Origin: an uncultured bacterium
GTDB taxonomy: Bacteria > Hydrothermota > Tepidihabitantia > SM23-42 > CAYGYG01
Direction: 5' to 3'
Length of the DNA stretch: 64,000 nucleotides
Assembly (NCBI GenBank): GCA_964354155.1
Contig: CAYGYG010000001.1
Coordinates: 139,121 to 203,120, forward strand
Shown: in pieces, positions 29,001-37,341 of the stretch
Position numbering within the stretch: position 1 is the stretch's first letter
Layout of the letters: every line of letters starts with the position of its first letter
The notes under the pieces: generated by a model
The model's database searches: none
What the model saw: only the letters and a program-made list of their open reading frames with translations
Told to the model about the DNA's origin: nothing
Program-made: the position numbers and the translations under genes

Positions 29001-29499
29001 ACGTAATACGATTGTAGAGAAGGAGATGTTTCTCGGATGGCAAATACTGAACCGGATAGAGCAAGACTCCGGCAATCCGGTAGCCGGAAAGGCTTCCCGA
29101 GGGGATCAGTTTGACGATTTCGGCCGGATAAGGGTTTGATGAACCATAGACCTTCTGATCCGGTTCGACAAAAGGATAGACATTCTTCGACGAGAACGGT
29201 CTTATCGTCTGAACTGGATGGGGTAGATACTCACCAGGCAGAACCTGACTCTGACTCGAAACGACCTCCACTTTAGTCACTTCAGCGGTGGGGGGAATCA
29301 AGAAGCACAGACTGACCACGGGCAATAGCGGCTTGCCCTTTTCCCAGGTCGCGCCGTTTCTTTCCAATGTAACAAAGTCGTAGCCGTCGACCTTGGTAAT
29401 TGTCAGGTCGCTTGCGGAAAACGAAATACTCTTGGTTACTATGCCGCCCAAGAGCAGGGCGGGCAGGATTACCGCCAGAACGAGCGCACGGTGCAGCAT
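26017..29499 (-). CDS. gingipain-like cysteine peptidase (peptidase C25 family) with T9SS C-terminal domain
   Basis: 1160 aa. Signal peptide, then a C25-like catalytic region (CHIAAHGS... catalytic His; NAINCDVGSFD catalytic Cys), then a T9SS tail ...GVYFVKIEKPSGSSVAKIIYLK. Confidence 0.7.
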   Translation of the reverse strand: MLHRALVLAVILPALLLGGIVTKSISFSASDLTITKVDGYDFVTLERNGATWEKGKPLLPVVSLCFLIPPTAEVTKVEVVSSQSQVLPGEYLPHPVQTIRPFSSKNVYPFVEPDQKVYGSSNPYPAEIVKLIPSGSLSGYRIAGVLLYPVQYLPSEKHLLLYNRITLNVHYETGRHEPVALTTSQQELFGREVKGLVANPEAVASWAPQVKELDAGEIDYVIITSRTLVPSWDAFKNWKVKKGINTVVMGTDSIYARYAGRDNQEKIRNFIADYWRTKGLKYVLLGGDDMIVPDRKTRLVIEESTITGSIPTDMYYADLQWSWDGNRNSLFGEMGDTVDLLHDVYIGRAPIDNATNLPTFIRKDTTFEKYPDTAYVKSLLLPSQMLFSPYHGEFPNNIIASYFPPTWKKAKLKDPASTATRDSINRGYQFCHIAAHGSYTSLSVLSMSHIPTLTNGIRLDIMNAINCDVGSFDAKDCIAESLVNCPTGGCVANMLNSRYGLGYPPGLGPSEILDLEFYKCFWLKSAFEVGIAHDMAKDNCRNMAMSQAATRWCVYENTLFGDPNLPMYSVAPRRPTVTHVATIPASPQMLRVTTTLSGTPVVNALVCALKGTEVYAVGRTNSQGWIDLFVSPTTTGALSITVTYKDLIPYEGTCTVSSGSPRPCIVYQSHRIDDSGGNNNGRLDPGETVNFYMTLKNAGNAGATNLQGRLRNSSGFISFVDSTSVYGNVAAGDTSRGDTYRFTVSPSTPQGTGIEFLVNATASEGGWEPFLRLTVGVPPDARLAWADHDTCLPAFTVTTNGSFGVTYPYGEGSGFKYSKLSSYGNLQYASMLAGTDANYVVDRFYGRPYTTINQDFRVVDSLRPVLPPRAAQEEYEAVYNDANHASPKGLEVKQWSLSLSQPGYDDWVIVCFDYYNRGTNPINNLSSGMMFDFDVYNNVTSNIVRSDSVRRFIYMRRSTTMYPVCGIRVLQPRAARNLSAIDHARYVLPATMMTEAAKDSFLSGLIRMRFSDRAFNWSICASAGPFNLPVGGKVRVAYAVVGGNDTTLALINSDSAQSWWDRNIGIEEETYVRITNVPTVNITPSPFYKAVNITYSLPTRERLTIDIFDASGRLVDNLFSAETQGKGRVRWQPLDLPNGVYFVKIEKPSGSSVAKIIYLK

Positions 29500-29907
29500 T
29501 TTGCCTCCTTATGAAGAGCGATTTAAAAAAGCTTATTCACATCGGGCGCTTTGTCAAGGAGATTATCAGCTAAGTCCTCTCCACTTCTTTCTAACACTAC
29601 TTTTGCATTTTATAAAGAAGATAAAATTTAGGCTGGTGGTCTCATATTCGCCCGATAGTGCTTAGTCTCAAGAAAGCAAAGGTTGTTAATATTAGCCCAG
29701 TAAGTCAGAGGGCGGTCGCCACTCTCAGCCAGCGACCCTTAGGTCGCAGAGTGGCTTAGCTAATGCTCGTGGCTCAGATGAGCCTCACGGCGCCTAAAAT
29801 CTATCTTTCTTTATTCTTACAAAAGTCGTGCAGTTCATACGTTGTAGGAAAAGTGGAGAGGAATCAGGATTATCAGAGCGCAGGGGCGGCGCATCGCTCA
29901 AAAAGGA

Positions 29908-29935
29908 TTGACATTTGAATCACACAAGGTATAAT
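29908..29935 (+). promoter_or_regulatory. sigma70-like promoter (TTGACA-16-TATAAT)
   Basis: ttgaca at 29908-29913 and tataat at 29930-29935, about 65 nt upstream of the ATG at 30001. Confidence 0.55.
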
Positions 29936-30000
29936 TCCTTTCGGAATCTGCCGAACCTTACGGGCATTTATGTTAACGGTCAGAGAAAGAGAGGTTAACG

Positions 30001-30717
30001 ATGAAGCGGTTCGCGACGCTTGCTGCCCTGGCGGTGCTGTCTTTTTCGAGTTCCCTTTCGATGCTCAACATTGAGACCGGCTATGAGGTGGAGACACCTT
30101 CGGCCGAATTGGACATCTGGCACCGTTATGCCGGTGACTTGACTGAAGACCCGAAGAACACGGTGTTTGGCCTGGGGCTTGGGGCCAATACAGCCTTGGG
30201 GATGAAGGTCTTTGTTATGAACTTCGGCATATCTGGTGCTTACGCGATTCGAGCGCACGAGACCAGGGTCGGCGCCGACTACTACTTTAGGACACCGTTT
30301 CTCAGTAACCGCCTGAACGTCGAATACTTCGGCTATCCGCAGGGGCCGGACCGAATTGACGGCATGTTTGCTGAAATCGTGATGCAGGCGGAACCGATCA
30401 GGGAGCGAGTCTACATGGCGGCTGACGTCGGCTACAACAATGAAACTGAGGACATTGGTTTAGGGTTTGGTCTTTCGGTCAAAGTCCTTGAAGATATCAT
30501 GTATTTCAAGAGCGTAAACGTCGTGGCGGAGTACTTTTCTTTGAAGAGCGCAGCCGAGAACTCGTTCGCCGGCGGTGTGGCTTTGAAGACGCACGGTCAT
30601 CAATTCATGGTTTGTGTCCAGAACTGTCAGGCGCCCTGGTCCCGGCATCTAATGTACGGGGCCAATGATCGCGCTCTGCGGCTTGGATTCAACATCAAGC
30701 GTACAATCAGGATTTAG
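30001..30717 (+). CDS. secreted beta-rich hypothetical protein (possible small outer-membrane protein)
   Basis: Signal peptide MKRFATLAALAVLSFSSSLS. Alternating hydrophobic pattern. No recognisable catalytic motif. Confidence 0.5.
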   Translation: MKRFATLAALAVLSFSSSLSMLNIETGYEVETPSAELDIWHRYAGDLTEDPKNTVFGLGLGANTALGMKVFVMNFGISGAYAIRAHETRVGADYYFRTPFLSNRLNVEYFGYPQGPDRIDGMFAEIVMQAEPIRERVYMAADVGYNNETEDIGLGFGLSVKVLEDIMYFKSVNVVAEYFSLKSAAENSFAGGVALKTHGHQFMVCVQNCQAPWSRHLMYGANDRALRLGFNIKRTIRI

Positions 30718-30728
30718 CTCTGAGAACA

Positions 30729-30920
30729 ATGGAAATCTATCGTCTTATAAAACCATTTGGTATCTTGACGTATGCCTTGGTTCTGTTTGCCGTGATAAGC
30801 GGTCTGTTTCTACGCAAGCTGGGGCTCAGGCTGCAGCACCACAAGATCATCGCGCTGGTCGCGCTCATCCTGGCGACGCTGCACGGCATTTTGGTGCTGA
30901 TTGTTCTGTTGGGAACGTAG
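30729..30920 (+). CDS. small two-helix membrane protein
   Basis: 63 aa with two hydrophobic helices, lying 11 nt after the upstream stop. Confidence 0.4.
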   Translation: MEIYRLIKPFGILTYALVLFAVISGLFLRKLGLRLQHHKIIALVALILATLHGILVLIVLLGT

Positions 30921-30971
30921 TGCCGGCTCTTTTCAGACCGGGCCTGCGGAGCTTCGCATTCGGAGCGTGAA

Positions 30972-31931
30972 ATGAAGAAAATCAGGAAAGTCCATATCGC
31001 CAGTCTACCGACGCCAATTGAGGTGATGCGCGACTTCCCGCATCCGGCCACGATTTTCGTGAAGCGGGATGACCTTACCGGGCTGCTGACCAGCGGCAAC
31101 AAGGTGCGCAAGCTCGAATACTCGCTGGCCGACGCCCTAAGCTACAAAGCCGACACGGTCATTACGTGCGGGGGCATCCAATCGAATCACTGCCGGGCGA
31201 CGGTCGCCTGTTGCCGCATACTGGGATTGAACCCGGTTATCGTTCTGCGGGGCGAACCGGTGCAACCCTATGACGGCAACCTCCTGCTCAATCAGCTGCT
31301 GGGGTGTGAAATCAGGTACATCACGCGGCGGGAGTACGATCATGTTGACGATTTGATGGAATCAATGGCCGCGGAGCTCATGCGGCAGGGCAAGCATCCT
31401 TACATAATTCCCGAAGGTGCTTCGAACGAAGTCGGTCTTCTCGGCTACATCGAGTGCATGGCTGAGATGAAAGAGTTCATCAAGCGGGAGCGGATCGAGG
31501 CGGTGTATGTCGCCGTAGGATCAGGCGGCACTTATGCGGGCCTGCTGTTGGGCAGAGTCATCCACAAGGTTGATGTTGATGTGTTCGGTGTCATCATCTG
31601 TGATACCGTCGAATTTTTCACCGAGAAGGTGTGCCGCATCGCTCAAGTCGCAGTTGACCGGTACGGCCTGGGCGCGGGAATTGATAAAGACGATGTCACG
31701 CTGGTTGACGGCTACATCGGCAAGGGTTACGGGATTCCTTATCGCGCCGAGATTGAGACGATCAAGAAGGTCGCGAAATTCGGCATCATTCTTGACGTGG
31801 TTTACACGGGCAAGGCTTTCCACGGTATGCTGAATCACGCCAAGGCCTACAAGAAGGTTCTATTCATTCATACCGGGGGCATATTCAGCCTGTTCCCGTA
31901 CCGGGAGGAATTCTATGGCCATCGGTCCTAA
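30972..31931 (+). CDS. PLP-dependent D-cysteine desulfhydrase / ACC deaminase family protein
   Basis: LPTPIEVMRDF...VKRDDLTGLLTSGNKVRKLEYSLADAL...TCGGIQSNHCRATVAAC...AVGSGGTYAGL are fold-type II PLP blocks typical of the DcyD/ACCD family. Confidence 0.75.
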   Translation: MKKIRKVHIASLPTPIEVMRDFPHPATIFVKRDDLTGLLTSGNKVRKLEYSLADALSYKADTVITCGGIQSNHCRATVACCRILGLNPVIVLRGEPVQPYDGNLLLNQLLGCEIRYITRREYDHVDDLMESMAAELMRQGKHPYIIPEGASNEVGLLGYIECMAEMKEFIKRERIEAVYVAVGSGGTYAGLLLGRVIHKVDVDVFGVIICDTVEFFTEKVCRIAQVAVDRYGLGAGIDKDDVTLVDGYIGKGYGIPYRAEIETIKKVAKFGIILDVVYTGKAFHGMLNHAKAYKKVLFIHTGGIFSLFPYREEFYGHRS

Positions 31932-31947
31932 CACAAGTCGTTTCGGC

Positions 31948-34560
31948 ATGCTGATGGCATCGATCGCGGCGCTCTCACTGGCCGCGCCGATCACGTTCGA
32001 CCCGGCGCAGACCCAGCCCTCGCGCTGGGTCGATCCCTACGGCCGGCAGCCGCAGTCTCATGCGCAGTGGGCAGCCGGGGTCGGGAGGGACGCCCTTGCG
32101 TACCTGGTCATTGGTGAGGCGGTCGGGACCGGTAAAGGGGCGAATCAGAATGTCGTCGATATCGTCGTCAATAGCCAGGTGTATCCTGACGTGGTATCGG
32201 AACTGGCCCAGTTCCGCACCGATCTTGTTGCCGCCGGATACGAGGTCCGCATTGATACGATACGCGGCATGTCGGCGCCGGCGCTGCGAACCCATCTGGC
32301 CGGCCTGGCCGGTTTGGTCGGCGCATTGTTTGTCGGCGAGTGTCCGGTCGAATGGTATGAAATCAATGGCTGGGGTGCGTGGGAAGAGTTTCCGATCGAT
32401 CTTTACTTTACGGACCTGAACGGGACCTGGGCCGATACCGACCTTGATGGTATTCTTGACTCGCACACCGGCAATGTCGCGCCCGAGATCTGGTTGGGCC
32501 GCCTCTATGCCCGCACCCTGACCTGGGATAGTGAGACGCGGCTCTACAAGAGGTACTTTCAGAAGAATCATCTGTATCGTACACACCAACTGACGTTACC
32601 GCAACGGGCCCTATCTTATGTTGACGATGACTGGTACGGTTGGGGTTCATGCTCGGTCAACCTGGTGTACCCAATAACCACCACGATTGAAGACATGGCG
32701 CTGACGACCGCCCAGGGTTATCGTCAGCAGCTTCAACAGGGTTACGAGTGGATTCACCTCTGCTCGCATTCTTCGCCCTGGGGTCACACCTTCAAGTACC
32801 CCGACGTCACAATTCAGTATAAAGGAACGGTCTTCAACTACGAACTCTTCGTGCTTGAGCCCAAGGCTCATTTCTACAATCTCTTTGCCTGTTCCGGAAC
32901 CAGATTCGTCGAAGAGAATTATTCAGCAGGCTGGTACGTATTCCACGATTCGTGCGGTCTCCTTGCCTTAGGCAGTGCAAAAACCGGGGGTATGCTGACC
33001 TTTCAGGATTTCTACACCCCCTTGAGTCAGGGACTGTCAATCGGCAATGCCTTCAAGGCTTGGTTTGTCAGAAACGGCGAGTCGAGCCGTGCCTGGTTCT
33101 ACGGACTGAATCTCTTGGGCGACCCAACTTTGAAGCCAAAGGAACAGGGCGGCGACTATGTTGCTCCACCGCCCCAGCAGTTCCACGGGGCTTTCGCCGA
33201 AGTCGTGGCGCCTGATTCTGAGAGCGACGGGATGCCGGCCATAGCAAGTGAGCCGTCCGGCCGCATCTGGGCGGTGTGGGAAACCGGCCGGTCGATTACG
33301 AACGGCCGCTGTGACATCTTCTCAGCCTACCGGACAACGGCTTGGTCAAGCGGTATGCCGGTTGGTTCCTTCATCTATTGGGACTACAATCCAACGGTCG
33401 GGCTGGACAGTCTTGACCGGCCGCTCGCGGTCTGGGCCGGCTGGGAGAATATTGGCGGCAACTACCAATATGACCTGTTCTGGAGTTACTACACCGGGTC
33501 AGCGTGGTCGAACCGGGCGCTGGTCCATCCGCTCGACCCGACATCGGATATGAAGCCATCACTGGCACGTGACCGGAACAAGCGCCCCTGGATTGCCTGG
33601 CAGACCAAACGCGACGTCAATTCCAATATCTATGTCACATACTACTCGGGGTCGGGCTGGAGCACACCGCGCGCCGTGAGCAACAATCCGGCCGAAGAGG
33701 TCGGGCCAAAGATCATCTGCGACAATACGGGTCGGCTCTGGGTGTCTTACAGCCGGCGTAGCGCAGACCGATCCCAGATATGGGGAAGCTATTACGACGG
33801 CGTGAACTGGATTGAGACCGGTCCGGTTTCGCAGAATCAGGAGCGGGCATACAATCCATCGGCTGCCGTCACCGGCACCGGAAAGGTCTGGGTGACCTGG
33901 CAGTCTTATGATGGCGGCAATGGTGAGATCTTCGGCAGCTACTACACCGGCACCGGCTGGTCAGCCCCGATCAACATCTCCAACCATGTGCTCAACGATA
34001 TGAGTCCGAGTATGGCGGCGGATGGTAATGGCCATGCCTGGGTTGTCTGGCACACTAACCGCGACGGCAATTGGAACATCTACTATGCTACCTGTCAAGA
34101 CCAGAGCTGGACTGCGCCTCAGGTGCTCGATGCTAATCCGGGGGTCGACATGAACCCTGCGATCGCTTCGGCACCGTCGAACAAAATGTGGGTTATCTGG
34201 CAGAACTATTCGGCAAACAACTGGGAAATCTATGCTCTGCAAAAGGATGCGGTAGAAATAGAAGAGAAAGAAGCAAGAGATAAGATGCTGGAAGCAAGAT
34301 TCACGATTTGGCCGAATCCTGCAAGGAGCGACGTTAGATGTCAGATTTCCGGTGTCAGTATGAAGAATACAAAAATCAAAGTCTATAATATCGCCGGAAA
34401 GATGGTTAAAGAAATGCCATTATCAGTTGGGGGTGGCAGTGCAGGAGCCCACTCATATCAATTCGTTCTGAATCTCTCAGATTTGGCTGCAGGAACCTAT
34501 TTTATTGGGTTGGAGAGCGGTGCGGGAAATGAAGTCCAAAAACTATCCATAGTCAAGTAA
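31948..34560 (+). CDS. second C25/gingipain-like peptidase-domain protein with W-rich repeat region and T9SS C-terminal domain
   Basis: Signal peptide MLMASIAALSLAAP. HLCSHSSPWGH and NLFACSGTRF look like a His/Cys dyad. At least 8 repeats of type Y(Y)xGxGWSxP. The T9SS tail is ...AAGTYFIGLESGAGNEVQKLSIVK. The ORF track starts it at 31915, overlapping the upstream gene. Confidence 0.6.
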   Translation: MLMASIAALSLAAPITFDPAQTQPSRWVDPYGRQPQSHAQWAAGVGRDALAYLVIGEAVGTGKGANQNVVDIVVNSQVYPDVVSELAQFRTDLVAAGYEVRIDTIRGMSAPALRTHLAGLAGLVGALFVGECPVEWYEINGWGAWEEFPIDLYFTDLNGTWADTDLDGILDSHTGNVAPEIWLGRLYARTLTWDSETRLYKRYFQKNHLYRTHQLTLPQRALSYVDDDWYGWGSCSVNLVYPITTTIEDMALTTAQGYRQQLQQGYEWIHLCSHSSPWGHTFKYPDVTIQYKGTVFNYELFVLEPKAHFYNLFACSGTRFVEENYSAGWYVFHDSCGLLALGSAKTGGMLTFQDFYTPLSQGLSIGNAFKAWFVRNGESSRAWFYGLNLLGDPTLKPKEQGGDYVAPPPQQFHGAFAEVVAPDSESDGMPAIASEPSGRIWAVWETGRSITNGRCDIFSAYRTTAWSSGMPVGSFIYWDYNPTVGLDSLDRPLAVWAGWENIGGNYQYDLFWSYYTGSAWSNRALVHPLDPTSDMKPSLARDRNKRPWIAWQTKRDVNSNIYVTYYSGSGWSTPRAVSNNPAEEVGPKIICDNTGRLWVSYSRRSADRSQIWGSYYDGVNWIETGPVSQNQERAYNPSAAVTGTGKVWVTWQSYDGGNGEIFGSYYTGTGWSAPINISNHVLNDMSPSMAADGNGHAWVVWHTNRDGNWNIYYATCQDQSWTAPQVLDANPGVDMNPAIASAPSNKMWVIWQNYSANNWEIYALQKDAVEIEEKEARDKMLEARFTIWPNPARSDVRCQISGVSMKNTKIKVYNIAGKMVKEMPLSVGGGSAGAHSYQFVLNLSDLAAGTYFIGLESGAGNEVQKLSIVK

Positions 34561-35158
34561 GTCACAGAGATTTCTAACTGGTCATGAATCGTTAATCATG
34601 TCGATGCAATAATTGAGATTACCGGGCTGCAAAGCTTTAGATAGTGAGTTTTTCCGATCGGCTATCAAAGATGCGATTTCTTCACACCTCCGCATATCAA
34701 GACCATCATTTAGACAATTAACTAAATGACAAAATGAGGAATATCCGACAAATAGCCGCAACGCAGAAGCCGGTTGTGCGACATTTTGCCGAGGTTTGTG
34801 ATAGAGACTTGAGAGCAGGTGGAGATCACGAGTTACAGGGGCTCGGCATGCTCTATCCTCATTTTTTCTCTGTTACGCCACAGCTAAAATGTCCCCATAA
34901 CTGCATAGCGATATGTCCCCTTCTTATGTTACTTGAATACATTTATTAGCGTAACCCACCGTAATTATTGTTAAGAGCCTACCCCCTTCAGTCATTGCGA
35001 GCGAACGCAGTGAGCGTGGCAATCCCCTTTTTTTCTTGAACAAATGAGATTGCTTCGTCCCTATCGGGACTCGCAATGACATATCGTGAGGGGACATCCT
35101 CCCTGTGGAATTAAAGGGGACATTTTCTCTGTGCGCCGACACTATCGTCATTTTTCTC

Positions 35159-35187
35159 TTGACTTTTTTTAAGAATATAGATATAAT
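35159..35187 (+). promoter_or_regulatory. sigma70-like promoter (TTGACT-17-TATAAT) for paralog 1
   Basis: ttgact at 35159-35164 and tataat at 35182-35187. The RBS gaggaggtaagATG at 35235 follows. Confidence 0.5.
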
Positions 35188-35234
35188 GCTGAACATCGGG
35201 TAAAATTTTCATTTTTTATCTTAGAGGAGGTAAG

Positions 35235-36974
35235 ATGAAAATGATATTTGTTCTTGCGATTTTGTATTTCACTCGTGTCTATGCTGTTGATTCGAGGGTT
35301 ACACCGATGGACAAAGCTTATGGACCGCCTGATCTGCACGCACGACGAAATAGTAGTTATGTTGCTGCACGTTCAAGAACGCCGATTATTATTGATGGAT
35401 GTAATGATAGGAGCTCTACATTGGGCGCAGCTGGGAAGAATATCTGTGCGGATACAACCGGAAGAAACATTGCGGTCCAGTATGGTGGTACTACACTGGA
35501 TACCACCAACTTCCAATCGAATAAATTTGCCTACTCGACCAACCAAGGAGCGACCTGGACAAGATTTGGACCTATCTCGGTAAGTCGGCCCTATTTCCGA
35601 AGACTATACGGCGGTTGCGATGCGCGTCCTGACTACTGGACTGATAACGAGATTATTTACACATGCTGGCATGAGGGTTATCGACGCGCTGGTGGCACAA
35701 ACGTGGATTCAAGCCCTGCAGCCTGTTGTCGCGACGATGGTACTTTCCCAACCGGCATGTGGAATAGGGCTCGTATGCCCCATACCGGCGACCCAGAACA
35801 TAATATCTGGATGACTTGCATTGCAGTAGCGCCTGATAACCGATCGATCATATATGAAACTGGTGGTGATTACGATTTCGGAGCGGGTGGGCTAAAAGAC
35901 CTGTTTTTGTGGGAATCGACCAACGCTGGTTGGAATTGGTCACAGCCACGACTGGTTATTCCCGGCTCAGCGACGATCGGTAGACACGATGGGATGCACA
36001 TCCGGTCAGGAACCGGTGGCTATTTATTTGCCTATTTCCAAAGAGATACTGTGGTCGGTGGTGAAACCCTGTGTTGGCCATACTACATTGAATCCACTGA
36101 TTTTGGAAATACCTGGATTCCGACCGCGGGCCGAGCCCTGATCACGACCATCCCTTATCCACAATACTCTCTCTCGTGGTACAACTATGACTGCGAAGTC
36201 GTAAACAACATACCCTATGTTGTCCTGACCCCAGGCGTGCCTGGTAATCACCGTAACCGGGTTGAGTTCTGGAAGGCGAGCGGCACTCCGGGTAACCGGA
36301 CCTGGACCATGATCCTGTTGGGCGGCACCAATCCGCCGGGAACAGATACGATTATGCGCGATGTTTCAATCACAAGCGGAAAGGCCTTTTTAAGGTTTGC
36401 GGATGTTATCATTGTCACATCTTTGGCCAGTAATGCTGTGGGAGTTGATCCGAGACTGTGGGTTTCGTCGAACCTGGGAACTGACTGGTCATATCGGGGC
36501 AATCCGGTGAATAACTCGTTGATTGAAGCATCCCTCGAAGTAGCACACACTCCGGGAAGAGGAACAAACCCCGATACTGACATTCGGCTCCATATGATCT
36601 GTAATGATGCAGGCGATTATCCTGTTTGCGGCTATGTTTATTATGAAGGATGTAATGTTCCTATTCTCGGGATCGAAGAAGAATTGAATAAAAACCTCAA
36701 CGCCTTCAATCTGCGGGTTGAACCGAATCCTTTCAGCCAGCGTACAAGCATAAACTACTACCTGCCCAAACCTGACCAGGTGAAGGTAAGAGTTTACAAT
36801 TCCCTTGGTGTTCAAATTGCTACGCTGTGCGATGGAGATCAGTTGAGTGGCACAAGAATGCTTGTCTGGCAAGGCACTGATGACAAGGGCAAGTCGCTAC
36901 CAGGAGGAGCGTATTTTGTGCAATTCAGAAGCTCGAGTGAAGAAAGGTGTGAGAAAGTAGTTCTCTTAAGGTAA
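35235..36974 (+). CDS. BNR/sialidase-like beta-propeller protein with T9SS C-terminal domain, paralog 1 of a tandem family
   Basis: Signal peptide. Family blocks VTPMDKAYGP, AGKNICADTTGRNIAVQYG, YSTNQGATWT (BNR), WHEGY, MPHTGDPEHNIWMTCIAV, YFQRDTVVG, WPYYIESTDFGNTWIP, WYNYDCEVVNNIPYVV. The T9SS tail ends KVVLLR. This copy is AT-richer than its neighbours. Confidence 0.75.
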   Translation: MKMIFVLAILYFTRVYAVDSRVTPMDKAYGPPDLHARRNSSYVAARSRTPIIIDGCNDRSSTLGAAGKNICADTTGRNIAVQYGGTTLDTTNFQSNKFAYSTNQGATWTRFGPISVSRPYFRRLYGGCDARPDYWTDNEIIYTCWHEGYRRAGGTNVDSSPAACCRDDGTFPTGMWNRARMPHTGDPEHNIWMTCIAVAPDNRSIIYETGGDYDFGAGGLKDLFLWESTNAGWNWSQPRLVIPGSATIGRHDGMHIRSGTGGYLFAYFQRDTVVGGETLCWPYYIESTDFGNTWIPTAGRALITTIPYPQYSLSWYNYDCEVVNNIPYVVLTPGVPGNHRNRVEFWKASGTPGNRTWTMILLGGTNPPGTDTIMRDVSITSGKAFLRFADVIIVTSLASNAVGVDPRLWVSSNLGTDWSYRGNPVNNSLIEASLEVAHTPGRGTNPDTDIRLHMICNDAGDYPVCGYVYYEGCNVPILGIEEELNKNLNAFNLRVEPNPFSQRTSINYYLPKPDQVKVRVYNSLGVQIATLCDGDQLSGTRMLVWQGTDDKGKSLPGGAYFVQFRSSSEERCEKVVLLR

Positions 36975-36983
36975 GGAGGGTAA

Positions 36984-37230
36984 ATGAAAACATTCATAGT
37001 CTTGATGTGCACATTATGCTCAACAGGTTGGCGATTGATACGCGAGTCACTCCGCGGGACCCAGGGTACGGGCCGCAGTATTATCGATCGAGTGGACCGC
37101 CGAGTCCGACCGCAGTGAGGATCGATGGAATACCAGACATACCATACGCACCAACCTATACCAATCGGGGTCATACCAATCCCAATGACCCCATGACCCC
37201 AAGTGCACCCGTAACAAGGATTTCTTAGGG
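36984..37230 (+). pseudogene. decayed 5' fragment of a paralog of the same BNR/T9SS family
   Basis: aaggagggtaaATG leads into MKTFIVLMCTLCS (signal-peptide-like), then a frameshift. In another frame the sequence reads AIDTRVTPRDPGYGPQYY...AVRIDG, which matches the family N-terminal block, followed by unrelated sequence and a stop. Confidence 0.55.
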
Positions 37231-37341
37231 CGAAAACCATCGGTTCCATATCGTCCGTTATTATTAAGGTTATGTGATTCGACGTTAATTCCGCAACGTT
37301 TCCGCAACGTTTCTTCAGTACAATATACTCAAGGAGCAGAG

